The notes below the pieces were generated by a model. That model did not search any database, was not told the DNA's origin, and was given only the letters and a program-made list of their open reading frames with translations. The translations under genes were made by a program, and so were the position numbers. A stretch of 27,219 bases of DNA, from positions 1 through 27,219 of the IMG/VR virus record IMGVR_UViG_3300016665_000192, one strand, 5' to 3'. Positions 16,367 to 26,203 of this stretch are shown one piece after another. Position 1 is the stretch's first letter. Each line of letters opens with the position of its first letter. The stretch is from a virus (taxonomy: Duplodnaviria > Caudoviricetes).

Positions 16367-19300
16367 ATGCCACCAAGAGATCCAGTAATACCAGCAACTC
16401 CTCCAGGCTCAGACGTGTCACCTCAAAGTAACACGTCGGCAGCGTATCCTATTAAAGTTTCTGATTTGCTGGCAACTCAAAATAAGTCAACTATTTCCAT
16501 AGTTTTAACAACTAGCGGAGATAGAAACACGTTTAAATTTGATTCAGACGATTATAACGTCGAAACTTTACGAATCGCACAGGGATATGCTGTAGGCGTA
16601 ACATCAGATGCAAAAAACAAATATGGCATTGATCCACAGTTAACTGAAGGCGCCATATTGGACTCTACTTTAACTGATGGGAATGGAAACCCAGTAGCCA
16701 TATCAGACAATGCTCCTGGCAGCCCTCCTGCTGGTCCTGTAGCGTTTATCAATAGAGCAACGCCAGGAACTATAGGTAAATCAATATTTGTTAATCTGTC
16801 AGATAGTGGACAGTTAGATTTCAATATTATAAAAGGCAAAGCGGTTGCTACAAATTCTGAATCAAAAGATTATGATGTATTGTTGGGAGAAATTAATAGA
16901 GATAACAATGTCCGAAACTATGGAACAGAAAACAATAATCAACTTCCTGCTAGCGTTATAAGGATGGTGAGTAATCAAAACAGTAACTCACCTGATAACG
17001 TATATGTTCCAGATGGACAAGCAATCCCAGAAAAGAATTCAAATGTTGGCAGAATAGTTCTTCCTATAAAGCTTGGTTCACATTCAAAAATACAACCAAC
17101 ATTAGCTAATGGCGGCAGTCAGACAGGAAACGTTTCTGCTGAAGGTAATTTTTTAGCAAATCAAGACTTGGTTCAATCTCTTGGTAGTCAAGTGACTCTC
17201 AAAAGTTCTGGCGAATATTATGTTCCAAAAAATGCTTTCAACCCAGATGAAGTGTTATTGGCAAGAACTGCTACATTAGCTCCAGGCAGAGCAAGATTAG
17301 GTATAAAAGTTCCATTTCAAGAAATGAGAGCCTCGACGGTTCTTAAACAAAACAATCCAGATTTTGCAGATTTTGATTTGCCAAGTTTAAAAGAAGATGA
17401 AGTGCTCAGTTATGGCAGCTATAATAACTGGCTTAATGCATTTAATAATGGAAATACGATTGCTTCTATTCCTGGTTTAGCAATTCAAATAGGAACTCTT
17501 GCTACTGTATTGGTCGGAATAGCAGCTTTAGTTAAACCAAACGATGAATATTTGAATAACTTCAAGGTTGGGTTTGTAACTTTCTTTGGATTGCCTCCTT
17601 TGCGTGATTCTGATGCTATTACTGGTTCTGCTGCTTTTGCTGCTTCTGTCGCTCAAGCAATACTTTCAAATAGATTGCAGAAAGAAACAGGCTGGTATTC
17701 TACTGTTTTACGTTCTGTCAATAGAATAATAGTTGAATCAACGGTTGGAACCGGTTTAACTATTGCTGCTAATGCTGGCGATGATGCATATGGTGCATCT
17801 GCCGCTGGAGTTCAAGGCGCTCAAAATATTATTGAACAGTTTTATAAAGGAAGACTTAGAGGATTTATAAATAATCTTGCTATAATAGGTCAAAATACAA
17901 GATCATATTGGAATAATGCCGCAATTCCAGAGTATAAAAAAGGAAATGAAACATCGACTCTCAATGCATTTGGTCCTTCCTATATTAATTCTATCGATGA
18001 TTCAACTAGCTCAAAATCCAATACTACAATAGAAGAAATTGCTTTATCATCATTAATAAAAAGAAATAGGTTAAAGTCAACGTATGGATTGGGGAATCCA
18101 ATTAATACAATGACAACCTGGGGAACTTCAACAACTCCATCGATGTATATATTGCCTAACAATATTACATTGGCTGCTGGTGCTATAAGCAACAATGGAA
18201 CAGCGATTGCTGCTTTGGCTACATTGAAAGGTATTGGCGCTGTTGATGCAAATACTCCTAGAATATCTCAAACAACTGTTGAAGAACTAGAGCAAAAATT
18301 AAATTCAAGTTATATGCCATTTTATTTTCATGACATTAGAACCAATGAAATCATTTCATTTCATGCTCTTTTGGAAGATAGTCAAGATAATTTTAGTGCG
18401 GATTGGAACGCTCAAACGCCATATGGACGTGTCGAGCCAATTCATACGTATAAAGGAACCACGAGAGATATCTCTTTGAGTTTTTATGTTGTTGCAACCA
18501 ATCCAGAAGATCATGATAACATGTGGTGGAAAATAAATAAGTTGGTTACAATGTTGTATCCTCAATATACAACAGGACGTAACGTTACTGCTCCTGATGG
18601 TAAAAAATTCATACAACCTTTTTCACAAATACCAGGAAATTCTCCAATCATAAGATTAAGATTAGGAGACATATGGAAATCAAATTATAGTAAATTTAAC
18701 GTTGCACGTGCTTTTGGTTTAGGGGCAGGACAAGAAAATTTCAACATTGATCAAGCACAGGAATTAACAAATGAACAACAAACGTGGGTAAACAGATACG
18801 TTTCTAGTCAATCTCAAAAGATAAGATCCGGAAAATTAGAAGTTGGTGATCGATTTATCATTCGTTTACCAGAAGTTCCAAGAACTTCAAGTCAAGTTAG
18901 TTCTGCTGTATTTGGAGAGCCCGGCGGGGCTGCCGCAGCTCTTAATACTGATAATCCAAATCAATTTTTTGATTCTAGATATGCTGGGCAAGGTACCTTG
19001 ACTTTGCCCGCAGTTACTGCTGGAAGATATGCGCTATTAGTAGAAGATATATTAGCTGGACCACAATCACAACAATTAATATGTGAATATAAAGTGAAGT
19101 TTGTCAATCCTCCTGCCGGTGTTAACAGAAACGCATTTGTGTTTAGATGTCCTAATCCGGATGTTCCGTCCCAAGTCTGGGATGATTTTGCAAATCAAAG
19201 AGCAGTCAGAGAAGCAGGAATTGTTGGTGTGGCAATTGGGGGAATTGAAACTTCTTTTCAGACACCAGATTATCAAATTGCAGCACGTGTAAAAGCAACA

Positions 19301-19846
19301 TTAGCTAGCACTCCAATATTAGTAGATGATGTTTGGTTAAGACAAAGAGCAACTGATTTAGCACAACAAAATACTCCATCAACAGCATCTGATTCTGAAA
19401 GACAACGCATAAACGAAGCAAAAGAAAGGTTATGGAATTTCTTTGGCGAACAAAACCCAATTATGCAGGCTTTTGAATCGACTGCTGGTAAAGGTATGGC
19501 AATTGCGTTTAAAAGTATTCAGTTTGATTGGAAAAATTCCACATGGGAAACCGATTGGAATGAAAGTAAAAACTCTTCCAGAGCTCCAATGATGTTAAAA
19601 ATATCTATGGCTGGAACCGTAATTCATGATATTACTCCAGGTATCGATTTTGCAGGATTGAATGTTGCCCCTGTATATCAAGTTGGAAGTTATTCAACAG
19701 TTCTTAGTAAAGTTGACGCACGTGATTCTGGAAGAGATGCATCAGATAGTGCTGGAACCGGGTTAGATTCTGATACTTCTAGATCGTTAGAAGCTAGCTT
19801 CGGCACGGATCCAGCGCCAACAAATGCACAACTATTAAGGGGCTGA
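16367..19846 (+). CDS. Baseplate/tail-tube initiator-like protein (gp48/gp54-type domain in a 1159-aa protein)
   Basis: Tube-like domain 'PFYFHDIRTNEIISFHALL...DNFSADWN...YGRVEPIHTYKGTTRDISLSF...WWKINKLVTMLYPQY...PIIRLRLGD', with closing strands 'TWE...RAPMMLKISM...VIHD' near the C-terminus. Follows the tape measure gene. Confidence 0.72.
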   Translation: MPPRDPVIPATPPGSDVSPQSNTSAAYPIKVSDLLATQNKSTISIVLTTSGDRNTFKFDSDDYNVETLRIAQGYAVGVTSDAKNKYGIDPQLTEGAILDSTLTDGNGNPVAISDNAPGSPPAGPVAFINRATPGTIGKSIFVNLSDSGQLDFNIIKGKAVATNSESKDYDVLLGEINRDNNVRNYGTENNNQLPASVIRMVSNQNSNSPDNVYVPDGQAIPEKNSNVGRIVLPIKLGSHSKIQPTLANGGSQTGNVSAEGNFLANQDLVQSLGSQVTLKSSGEYYVPKNAFNPDEVLLARTATLAPGRARLGIKVPFQEMRASTVLKQNNPDFADFDLPSLKEDEVLSYGSYNNWLNAFNNGNTIASIPGLAIQIGTLATVLVGIAALVKPNDEYLNNFKVGFVTFFGLPPLRDSDAITGSAAFAASVAQAILSNRLQKETGWYSTVLRSVNRIIVESTVGTGLTIAANAGDDAYGASAAGVQGAQNIIEQFYKGRLRGFINNLAIIGQNTRSYWNNAAIPEYKKGNETSTLNAFGPSYINSIDDSTSSKSNTTIEEIALSSLIKRNRLKSTYGLGNPINTMTTWGTSTTPSMYILPNNITLAAGAISNNGTAIAALATLKGIGAVDANTPRISQTTVEELEQKLNSSYMPFYFHDIRTNEIISFHALLEDSQDNFSADWNAQTPYGRVEPIHTYKGTTRDISLSFYVVATNPEDHDNMWWKINKLVTMLYPQYTTGRNVTAPDGKKFIQPFSQIPGNSPIIRLRLGDIWKSNYSKFNVARAFGLGAGQENFNIDQAQELTNEQQTWVNRYVSSQSQKIRSGKLEVGDRFIIRLPEVPRTSSQVSSAVFGEPGGAAAALNTDNPNQFFDSRYAGQGTLTLPAVTAGRYALLVEDILAGPQSQQLICEYKVKFVNPPAGVNRNAFVFRCPNPDVPSQVWDDFANQRAVREAGIVGVAIGGIETSFQTPDYQIAARVKATLASTPILVDDVWLRQRATDLAQQNTPSTASDSERQRINEAKERLWNFFGEQNPIMQAFESTAGKGMAIAFKSIQFDWKNSTWETDWNESKNSSRAPMMLKISMAGTVIHDITPGIDFAGLNVAPVYQVGSYSTVLSKVDARDSGRDASDSAGTGLDSDTSRSLEASFGTDPAPTNAQLLRG

Positions 19847-19851
19847 AATAT

Positions 19852-20145
19852 ATGACTTTAAGAAGATATACAAGAACTCCAATATTAATAGCTGGTAGAA
19901 AGTTTGGAACATCAAACCTAATTCCAATTATCAGAAGCAATATTGAAAGTGGAGCAATAACATATACAACATATATAACCAAAGAGAATGAGAGATTGGA
20001 TATACTTGCCGGAAAATATTATAATGATGGTAAACTATGGTGGTTAATAGCTGCTGCCAGCGACATAGGTTGGGGTTTACAAGTTCCATCTAACATTGTT
20101 CTCAAAATTCCAAAATTAGAAGAAGCAGCGCAGTTTATAGGTTGA
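19852..20145 (+). CDS. LysM-like baseplate protein (gp53/tail protein X-like), 97 aa
   Basis: 'ENERLDILAGKYYNDGKLWWLIAAAS...VLKIP' is the LysM-like signature of contractile-tail baseplate proteins. Synteny agrees. Confidence 0.85.
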   Translation: MTLRRYTRTPILIAGRKFGTSNLIPIIRSNIESGAITYTTYITKENERLDILAGKYYNDGKLWWLIAAASDIGWGLQVPSNIVLKIPKLEEAAQFIG

Positions 20146-20151
20146 TAACAT

Positions 20152-22248
20152 ATGTCCGCAAGAGAAAGAAAACTTAAAATTGCCGTCAACAAATTAAGCA
20201 AATATTATGATTTGCTTACTACTTCTGACCTTTCGCAATATATTGCTGCTGGTGGGGCGCCGACTGCTATTAATCCAACTGGAACTCCTATTGCTGCTGG
20301 AACATCAGGAACTAGACCATCGGACTCGGATCTGGATCGTGATGACATTGTTTTGGCAGAATTAATTAATAGCTTTCTTGATGTAACAGAAGGTGCATAT
20401 ACTACTGCGGAACTTCTTAATATCTTCTCACAGAGATTAGGAGTTCAAACTAATGATCGAAGCCCAGAAACAGAATCATTAAAAGAAAAATATAAAAGAC
20501 TTTTTCACATCATTAGTGACGCACAATATGCACATGATATGCCGTTTCCTGACGCCGTAGCGAGACTTAAAAACACTGGGATATGCCACGGTGGAACAAA
20601 TGTCACAACGCAACTTATAGAAAATACCGGGATTATAAATGCTAATCCAAATAATCCAACTAAAGCTCAACCGGGTTTATCTGTTATAATATCAAATAGT
20701 AATCAAGTATCTGTAACTAATAAGTTTACAAATGCATGTAGTCTTTTTTTAAACTCAATACCTGCTATTGAAATATCAAAAGCAATGCCTTATCTGGAAG
20801 TAAACATGATAATTCCAGTCAAGGCTATCAATAACAACAGAATAACAGCTCCATCAATATATAAGTTTTTATTCGGCGGCGCAAATGTTGACAATGGAAG
20901 TATTTTAGAAACACTAAGTTTGGCAAACCAAGAAAACAGAAACAATAATTCAAATCCTGATCTTCCAAATGCTTATACAACTGTAGGCATGGAAGCTTTC
21001 TTAATGCCGCAAACTTTAGTTAATGCCAATAATATAACAGACACTGAAATAACAGCAAATCCAGTAATAGACAAATTTAGACCTTTTTTAAGTCTTAAAG
21101 AATTTTCTTTGAATGAAGTTCAGTCTTTCGAGGCATACGGATATCAAACAGGAAAACTAAGTTTAACTTTGCATGATCGATCACGTTTGAGTCAAATAGC
21201 AGAGTTTGTAAGAGCCGATTTAAGAGGAGGCACCGAAATATTAGTTGAATTTGGATGGTGTCATATGGAATCTGAACAGGGTTCTAATCCTAATAATATA
21301 TACGCTGATCTCATAAACGGAATGAGAAAAAGAATAAAATTCCAGGTAATTAACTCTTCCTTTACGTTCGATGATAATGGGCAAGTTGATATAAATCTAG
21401 ATTTATCTACATTGGGAGAAGCCAGTTTAACTACAGAGCCATGTGTAAGTGATGGTGTTAACGTAACAGATACAATACAGGCGATTAACAGAATAACCCA
21501 AGCAATCGCAGAAATAAGAAACAATAGTCGAGTATTGAATCCACCAGCTACTTCAACAACATCAACTGGACAGCAGCAATCACAACAAAGACAGCAATCA
21601 AATGAATCTACTAGAGAAATCCGTGGTATTCAGTTTTTAAATGTAGCTCAAGATGCATATTCCAACCTAACATTAAGCCGTGATCAGCAGCAAGAATTGA
21701 GAACGCTTTTGAACAGTTTGCAACATATGCCAAACGTGGAAGATGTAAGATCCCTGAATTATCTTTTAAATGAATTATATGCTGGTCAGCAAGGAGGTTC
21801 TAATTCTAGAGGTAGAACTGGAGTTGCGGATCGTTTACGAACACAAATACAAAATCAAATAAGAGACAAAATGAATAGTCTCAAAAAAAATAATGATGAT
21901 CCATTCTTGATTTCTTCAAACATATATCATTCAGAGGCAGCTACAGCAACAAGAATCGCCGCCCGTAGACGTGCTAGAGCCGGCTCAACTACAACGGATA
22001 CTAGTGCCACCGGTACTACAGGTGCTACAGACTCCAACTCCGGAGCAACATTCTCAAGTCCTGATGGGACAGTTAATCCGGACTTAGTAAGTAGCACAAT
22101 TCCAGATCCAATAGAACCGGCAGATCCAGAAACCGTAAGCTCAAATCCATTAGGAACCAGTCTCGGTTCAAACTCTAGATTTGTTCCAGATAATGCTCCA
22201 CGTAGAGGTTTTGTATTCGACGGTTATGCTGCTATTTTTGGCGAATAA
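20152..22248 (+). CDS. Putative baseplate hub protein (gp27-like), N-terminal part, 698 aa
   Basis: Follows the LysM gene. Beta-rich 'GKLSLTLHDRSRL...ILVEFGW...FQVINSSFTFDDNGQVDINLDL' resembles the first hub barrel. Ser/Thr/Pro-rich tail. Confidence 0.55.
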   Translation: MSARERKLKIAVNKLSKYYDLLTTSDLSQYIAAGGAPTAINPTGTPIAAGTSGTRPSDSDLDRDDIVLAELINSFLDVTEGAYTTAELLNIFSQRLGVQTNDRSPETESLKEKYKRLFHIISDAQYAHDMPFPDAVARLKNTGICHGGTNVTTQLIENTGIINANPNNPTKAQPGLSVIISNSNQVSVTNKFTNACSLFLNSIPAIEISKAMPYLEVNMIIPVKAINNNRITAPSIYKFLFGGANVDNGSILETLSLANQENRNNNSNPDLPNAYTTVGMEAFLMPQTLVNANNITDTEITANPVIDKFRPFLSLKEFSLNEVQSFEAYGYQTGKLSLTLHDRSRLSQIAEFVRADLRGGTEILVEFGWCHMESEQGSNPNNIYADLINGMRKRIKFQVINSSFTFDDNGQVDINLDLSTLGEASLTTEPCVSDGVNVTDTIQAINRITQAIAEIRNNSRVLNPPATSTTSTGQQQSQQRQQSNESTREIRGIQFLNVAQDAYSNLTLSRDQQQELRTLLNSLQHMPNVEDVRSLNYLLNELYAGQQGGSNSRGRTGVADRLRTQIQNQIRDKMNSLKKNNDDPFLISSNIYHSEAATATRIAARRRARAGSTTTDTSATGTTGATDSNSGATFSSPDGTVNPDLVSSTIPDPIEPADPETVSSNPLGTSLGSNSRFVPDNAPRRGFVFDGYAAIFGE

Positions 22249-22262
22249 TATAGAAAATAATT

Positions 22263-24182
22263 ATGGCAAATACTCCACAAACTGCAACATCGGGTTCACA
22301 AGCACATACCGGAATAGGAACCGGATCTCGTCCTATTGCTACTGGCAAAGTTAGTTTAGCTAACTTATTAATCAGTTTCATGGGAGAATCTTTAGCTGCA
22401 ACTGGACTTTATGATGATGTTCAACTAATATTTTATCCTTTCAATTCTTATGCTGGAATGGCTAGATATATCAATATCGCAAACTTTGAAATCGATTTGG
22501 ATTTCTTTACTGAAAAGTATACTGAATACAGACTGCAAAATGTTTCTCGTTCCGGCAATTTAACAATAAGACAATTTTGGACGTTCTTAACGAGCAATAT
22601 AATTGATGATCCTGCTGCACCATCATATGGATTAAGAGATAATCGAGGCGCAATCTATAGAAGAGTTAGTGAAAGGGGAGAAAGAAGAAGTGCGACAACT
22701 GTAACCCGTCCATCCGATTCAGATGCTGCAACAACAATTAATCGATTAAACAATTTATTAGCCGGAATTACTCCAGATGGTTCATTCCGGATTCCACAAC
22801 TCAATTTTACTTTAGAATGTTTGCCTGGACGTGTTGCTTCTGAAGCTTCCTCAACTCAAAATACAAATGAAAAAACTATACTAAGAGTTCACATATATGA
22901 TCAACAAGCCAGCAGCTATGAAGGTTTAGGTTCCATATTGGCTGCTCAAAGAAATGATGCATTATCGATAGGCACAAATCCAGAAAGTAATACAAACCCC
23001 AACTCTTTAACTGCTGACGTAGCCAGAAGATATTATCAACAGATATTAACAAGAGCTAATCAAACTGGATTGGTAACAAGAACAGAAAATGGCACTTATG
23101 AGGTTGTAGGTGGTAGTAATGCCATAAAACAATTCTTATATCAAACAACGCCTTATATTATTCATGGCGCAAAGAACTCTCTTGTAAGACAAGCCAATCT
23201 TTCTTCTATGACGGATCAGGCTGCAAACACTCTAAACATGTTACGTGCTCCACAGGGTGGTAATAATATAGAACCTAATGGTGAAGACGTAGGAGGCTTG
23301 CCAATGCAAGTTCTACCAGTAGAATTAACAATGGAAACTTTTGGTTGCCCATTATTGCAATTTAGCAGTCAATATTTTATTGATTTCAATACCGGAACTA
23401 CGGCTGATACTTTATATGCAATCAATGGCATTGAACACAGGATATCCCCTGGCGAATTTACTACAAATATTAAATTCATAGCACAGGACGGTTATGGACA
23501 ATATAGAAACTACATAACAGAACTGAATAACGCCATACATGCAACTGATGATATAATAACTAGAATGTCTCCAGCACCAACAGGAAATGCTGCCGCAGCG
23601 GGACCACCACCACCACGCCCAGGCAGAAATCCTGGACATAGAAGATCATCAAGAAGAACAGAGGAACAACTCGAGGCGGATGCGAGACGTTTGGCACTTA
23701 CAAACACTTCTACAAGCGTTCGTGCTCCAATTGGAAGAGTTTTAACAGAGTTTGAAATTATGAATACTGAATCATTAAGACTTTTATTTGAACAAAATTT
23801 GGTTAGAGCAAGAGAAACGTTAAGAATTCAAGAAACACAAGCACGTGCAGAGTTTGCTAGAAGAGAAAGACAAGCTGTTGAAGCTCGTGCAGATACTGAA
23901 CGTCAAGCGTCAGATATACAAAGACAAGCGGCTGGACAAGCCATAAGACCTCCGGTTTCTCAAGAACTTACAGATCAACAAATAAGACAAATGGCAGAAG
24001 CAACAGTGCAGTCGGGTGAAAATCTATTCCAGCTTCCTACACAAGCACCTGCAACCACAATTACAGTAGATGCCGCTACCGGTCGAACCATAGATTCAAA
24101 CTTGGCACAAACTATTGCTGCGGCTGCGCCAACAACACGAACAACCGTCGCTGCCGGAACTCCAAGAACTAGAAGAACTTGA
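22263..24182 (+). CDS. Putative baseplate hub protein, C-terminal part with low-complexity/coiled-coil extension, 639 aa
   Basis: 'LPVELTMETFGCPLLQFSSQYFIDFNTGTTADTLYAINGIEHRISPGEFTTNIKF' resembles the last barrel of gp27/GpD/VgrG-type hubs. Confidence 0.6.
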   Translation: MANTPQTATSGSQAHTGIGTGSRPIATGKVSLANLLISFMGESLAATGLYDDVQLIFYPFNSYAGMARYINIANFEIDLDFFTEKYTEYRLQNVSRSGNLTIRQFWTFLTSNIIDDPAAPSYGLRDNRGAIYRRVSERGERRSATTVTRPSDSDAATTINRLNNLLAGITPDGSFRIPQLNFTLECLPGRVASEASSTQNTNEKTILRVHIYDQQASSYEGLGSILAAQRNDALSIGTNPESNTNPNSLTADVARRYYQQILTRANQTGLVTRTENGTYEVVGGSNAIKQFLYQTTPYIIHGAKNSLVRQANLSSMTDQAANTLNMLRAPQGGNNIEPNGEDVGGLPMQVLPVELTMETFGCPLLQFSSQYFIDFNTGTTADTLYAINGIEHRISPGEFTTNIKFIAQDGYGQYRNYITELNNAIHATDDIITRMSPAPTGNAAAAGPPPPRPGRNPGHRRSSRRTEEQLEADARRLALTNTSTSVRAPIGRVLTEFEIMNTESLRLLFEQNLVRARETLRIQETQARAEFARRERQAVEARADTERQASDIQRQAAGQAIRPPVSQELTDQQIRQMAEATVQSGENLFQLPTQAPATTITVDAATGRTIDSNLAQTIAAAAPTTRTTVAAGTPRTRRT

Positions 24183-24187
24183 TATTG

Positions 24188-24216
24188 TTTAAACATTATT
24201 TATAAAATGTTACTCT
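24188..24216 (+). promoter_or_regulatory. Putative sigma70-type promoter (extended -10) for the polymerase gene, probably leaderless
   Basis: TTTAAA, 17 nt, TACTCT preceded by TGn. ATG follows 6 nt after the -10 box. No Shine-Dalgarno sequence. Confidence 0.45.
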
Positions 24217-24222
24217 ATCAAT

Positions 24223-25479
24223 ATGCTAAAATATAGATTAACTCCAAATGCATATGGTGGGAACCCATCAGATTACTTTATCAGTAATACCGGTTCTGGT
24301 GTCCATATCAGCACAAATCCTATTAATAAAACAATAGATGATCTATTGAAGCTTGATTGCGAATGGGAAATGCAAGAGTTCTGTAGGTTATACGGCATGG
24401 ATATGCCACAATGGCCACCAAAAAACTATAAGAAGGTTTTATCTCAATTAGCTCCAAACCAACATATGGATGATGTTGATTGGTGGAAAATAATGGGATT
24501 TAAACGTTATATATCCCAACTTCAGTCTCTTGCCAATACTTTTGAGAATAATCTATTAGAGTTTAATATCAGTTATTGGCATGACGTGTATAGCCGAATT
24601 ATGTATAATCTATTTGAAGAAATAGATAATGCAACTATTGATGTAGAACGTTATAACCGGTATCGTAGTGAAGCTACAGCTTCTCAAATGGAGATATTGG
24701 AAACGTTTAAGCCAGATGCATATGGTTATGCAGAGAGAGTAATATATTCTGGAACTGAAACAAAGACAGGCAGACTAAAGGTTACAGATGGTCCCAATAT
24801 CCTTCATCTTAAGAAAGATTATAGAGATATTATTATTTCTTCTCATGGAGACAAGGGCAAGATTGTTTATTTAGATTATTCATCATTGGAGCCCAGGATC
24901 CTATTGTGTGTATCTAATCCTTCTCTAATTGGTAGCCTTCCACAAGACATTTATTCTAAAATGCTTGCGGACCTAAATCTCTCTGAAAAGATACCAAGAA
25001 CCGTTGCAAAGACAGCGATTCTTTCTGCTCTGTATGGTCAGAAGGAAGAGAACACGATCAAAACATTATCAAATTATATTGGCAGCGCCGAGGACTTTCT
25101 CAACCTTGTAAATGAATACTTTGGGATTGACAAGCTCAAGGAGAAGCTGGCTGGGGATTTGTTAAAAACCGGTGGGCGATATATCTTAAACTACTATGGT
25201 CGTCCTATATTCTGCGAGGACACGAAGCCATATGCGCTTTTAAATTATTACGTGCAGTCTACAGCAGTTGATGTAGCGATGTTAGGATTTTTAAATATTG
25301 TAAGTCGGTTGAAAGATAATAGACTTACAGATAAGATAAAACCGATCTTTATATTACATGATGCTTTGTTTTTGGATATACATGAAGATGCTTATCATGT
25401 TATACCGAAGATAGAGAAGCTTGGTTCAACTGGAATAAAAGGTTTTAAGAACGTAGATTTTTGGTTAAGGTCGGAGTAG
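24223..25479 (+). CDS. polA: Family A DNA polymerase, polymerase domain only, 418 aa
   Basis: 'TKTGRL....PN', motif A 'LDYSSLEPRIL', motif B 'RTVAKTAILSALYG', 'LNYYVQSTAVD', motif C 'ILHDALFL'. No recognisable exonuclease domains. Confidence 0.88.
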   Translation: MLKYRLTPNAYGGNPSDYFISNTGSGVHISTNPINKTIDDLLKLDCEWEMQEFCRLYGMDMPQWPPKNYKKVLSQLAPNQHMDDVDWWKIMGFKRYISQLQSLANTFENNLLEFNISYWHDVYSRIMYNLFEEIDNATIDVERYNRYRSEATASQMEILETFKPDAYGYAERVIYSGTETKTGRLKVTDGPNILHLKKDYRDIIISSHGDKGKIVYLDYSSLEPRILLCVSNPSLIGSLPQDIYSKMLADLNLSEKIPRTVAKTAILSALYGQKEENTIKTLSNYIGSAEDFLNLVNEYFGIDKLKEKLAGDLLKTGGRYILNYYGRPIFCEDTKPYALLNYYVQSTAVDVAMLGFLNIVSRLKDNRLTDKIKPIFILHDALFLDIHEDAYHVIPKIEKLGSTGIKGFKNVDFWLRSE

Positions 25480-25489
25480 AATAACAGAT

Positions 25490-25732
25490 ATGATTTGCAT
25501 ATTTACGTGCTGGACTTGTAAGAGGAGGCTCGATCCGGAGAAAACTACTGAAGAATATTTTTTCTGGTGCGATAAAGATTGTTATGATAAAGATGACCGA
25601 TACCACAATAGAGAAGAAGTTGTTGACACAAAACCAAAGATTGCAGTTGCAGATAAAGAAGATGCGAAAGAGCGGAGAAAATCTAAAATACGTGCAGCTC
25701 TTGCTCAAATCAATGGAACACGTAAAGATTGA
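25490..25732 (+). CDS. Small putative zinc-binding protein, 80 aa
   Basis: 'CWTC...FFWCDKDC' (CxxC...CxxxC, TRASH/MYM-like spacing) and a basic C-terminal helix. Starts 10 nt after the polA stop. Confidence 0.65.
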   Translation: MICIFTCWTCKRRLDPEKTTEEYFFWCDKDCYDKDDRYHNREEVVDTKPKIAVADKEDAKERRKSKIRAALAQINGTRKD

Positions 25733-25770
25733 AGATATACAAAACCCAAAGAAGGAAAAGGATAATTGAT

Positions 25771-26199
25771 ATGGCAGATGCGAGGAGAACTTTAGAACTT
25801 TTTAATCGTTTGAATGTGATATTAGACATTCTATTGACGATTTTGTTTCTTATTACTGGCGTATTCGGTCTAACATTAATAATGCCAACAACAGTTGTTG
25901 TTAATATGTGTCTACAGGCTGTAGCAACCGTTGTTCTTGTATTGTTTGGAGTAGCTTGCGTTAAGACCGCAGAGCGTATTACTCTTGCAATGAGAGGAAA
26001 TATTGAACAAGCGGTTGAAGACGAAAAGACAGACGAAGAGAAGATGGCACCTGTTGTTGTTAGTAAGAAAGCGATTTCTGCTGAAGCTCCGGTTGCTCCA
26101 ACTCTTTCAAATAAAGTTCTTAAGACAACCAGAGTAGTTCTTAAGAATACTTCTGGACCAGCAGTTGGAAAACGTGGTCGTCCAAAGAAGGAAGGTTGA
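25771..26199 (+). CDS. Membrane protein with two predicted TM helices and a C-terminal AT-hook-like motif, ~142 aa
   Basis: ATG 25771 follows AAGGA. Hydrophobic segments 'VILDILLTILFLITGVFGLTLIM' and 'VVVNMCLQAVATVVLVLFGVACV'. Ends 'KRGRPKKEG'. Confidence 0.72.
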   Translation: MADARRTLELFNRLNVILDILLTILFLITGVFGLTLIMPTTVVVNMCLQAVATVVLVLFGVACVKTAERITLAMRGNIEQAVEDEKTDEEKMAPVVVSKKAISAEAPVAPTLSNKVLKTTRVVLKNTSGPAVGKRGRPKKEG

Positions 26200-26203
26200 T
26201 AGT

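Noticed and set aside
21540-22150. Gln/Ser/Thr-rich stretches as tandem DNA repeats
   Set aside because: Protein low-complexity linkers without a regular nucleotide repeat unit.
589-24182. Interpretation as a bacterial eCIS/tailocin locus because of multiple sheaths
   Set aside because: The 1465-aa tape measure, gp26-like chaperone, adjacent phage-type PolA and HD genes, and absence of an Afp15-like ATPase or host housekeeping genes favour a large phage. Head genes are not in the window, so this is not formally proven.
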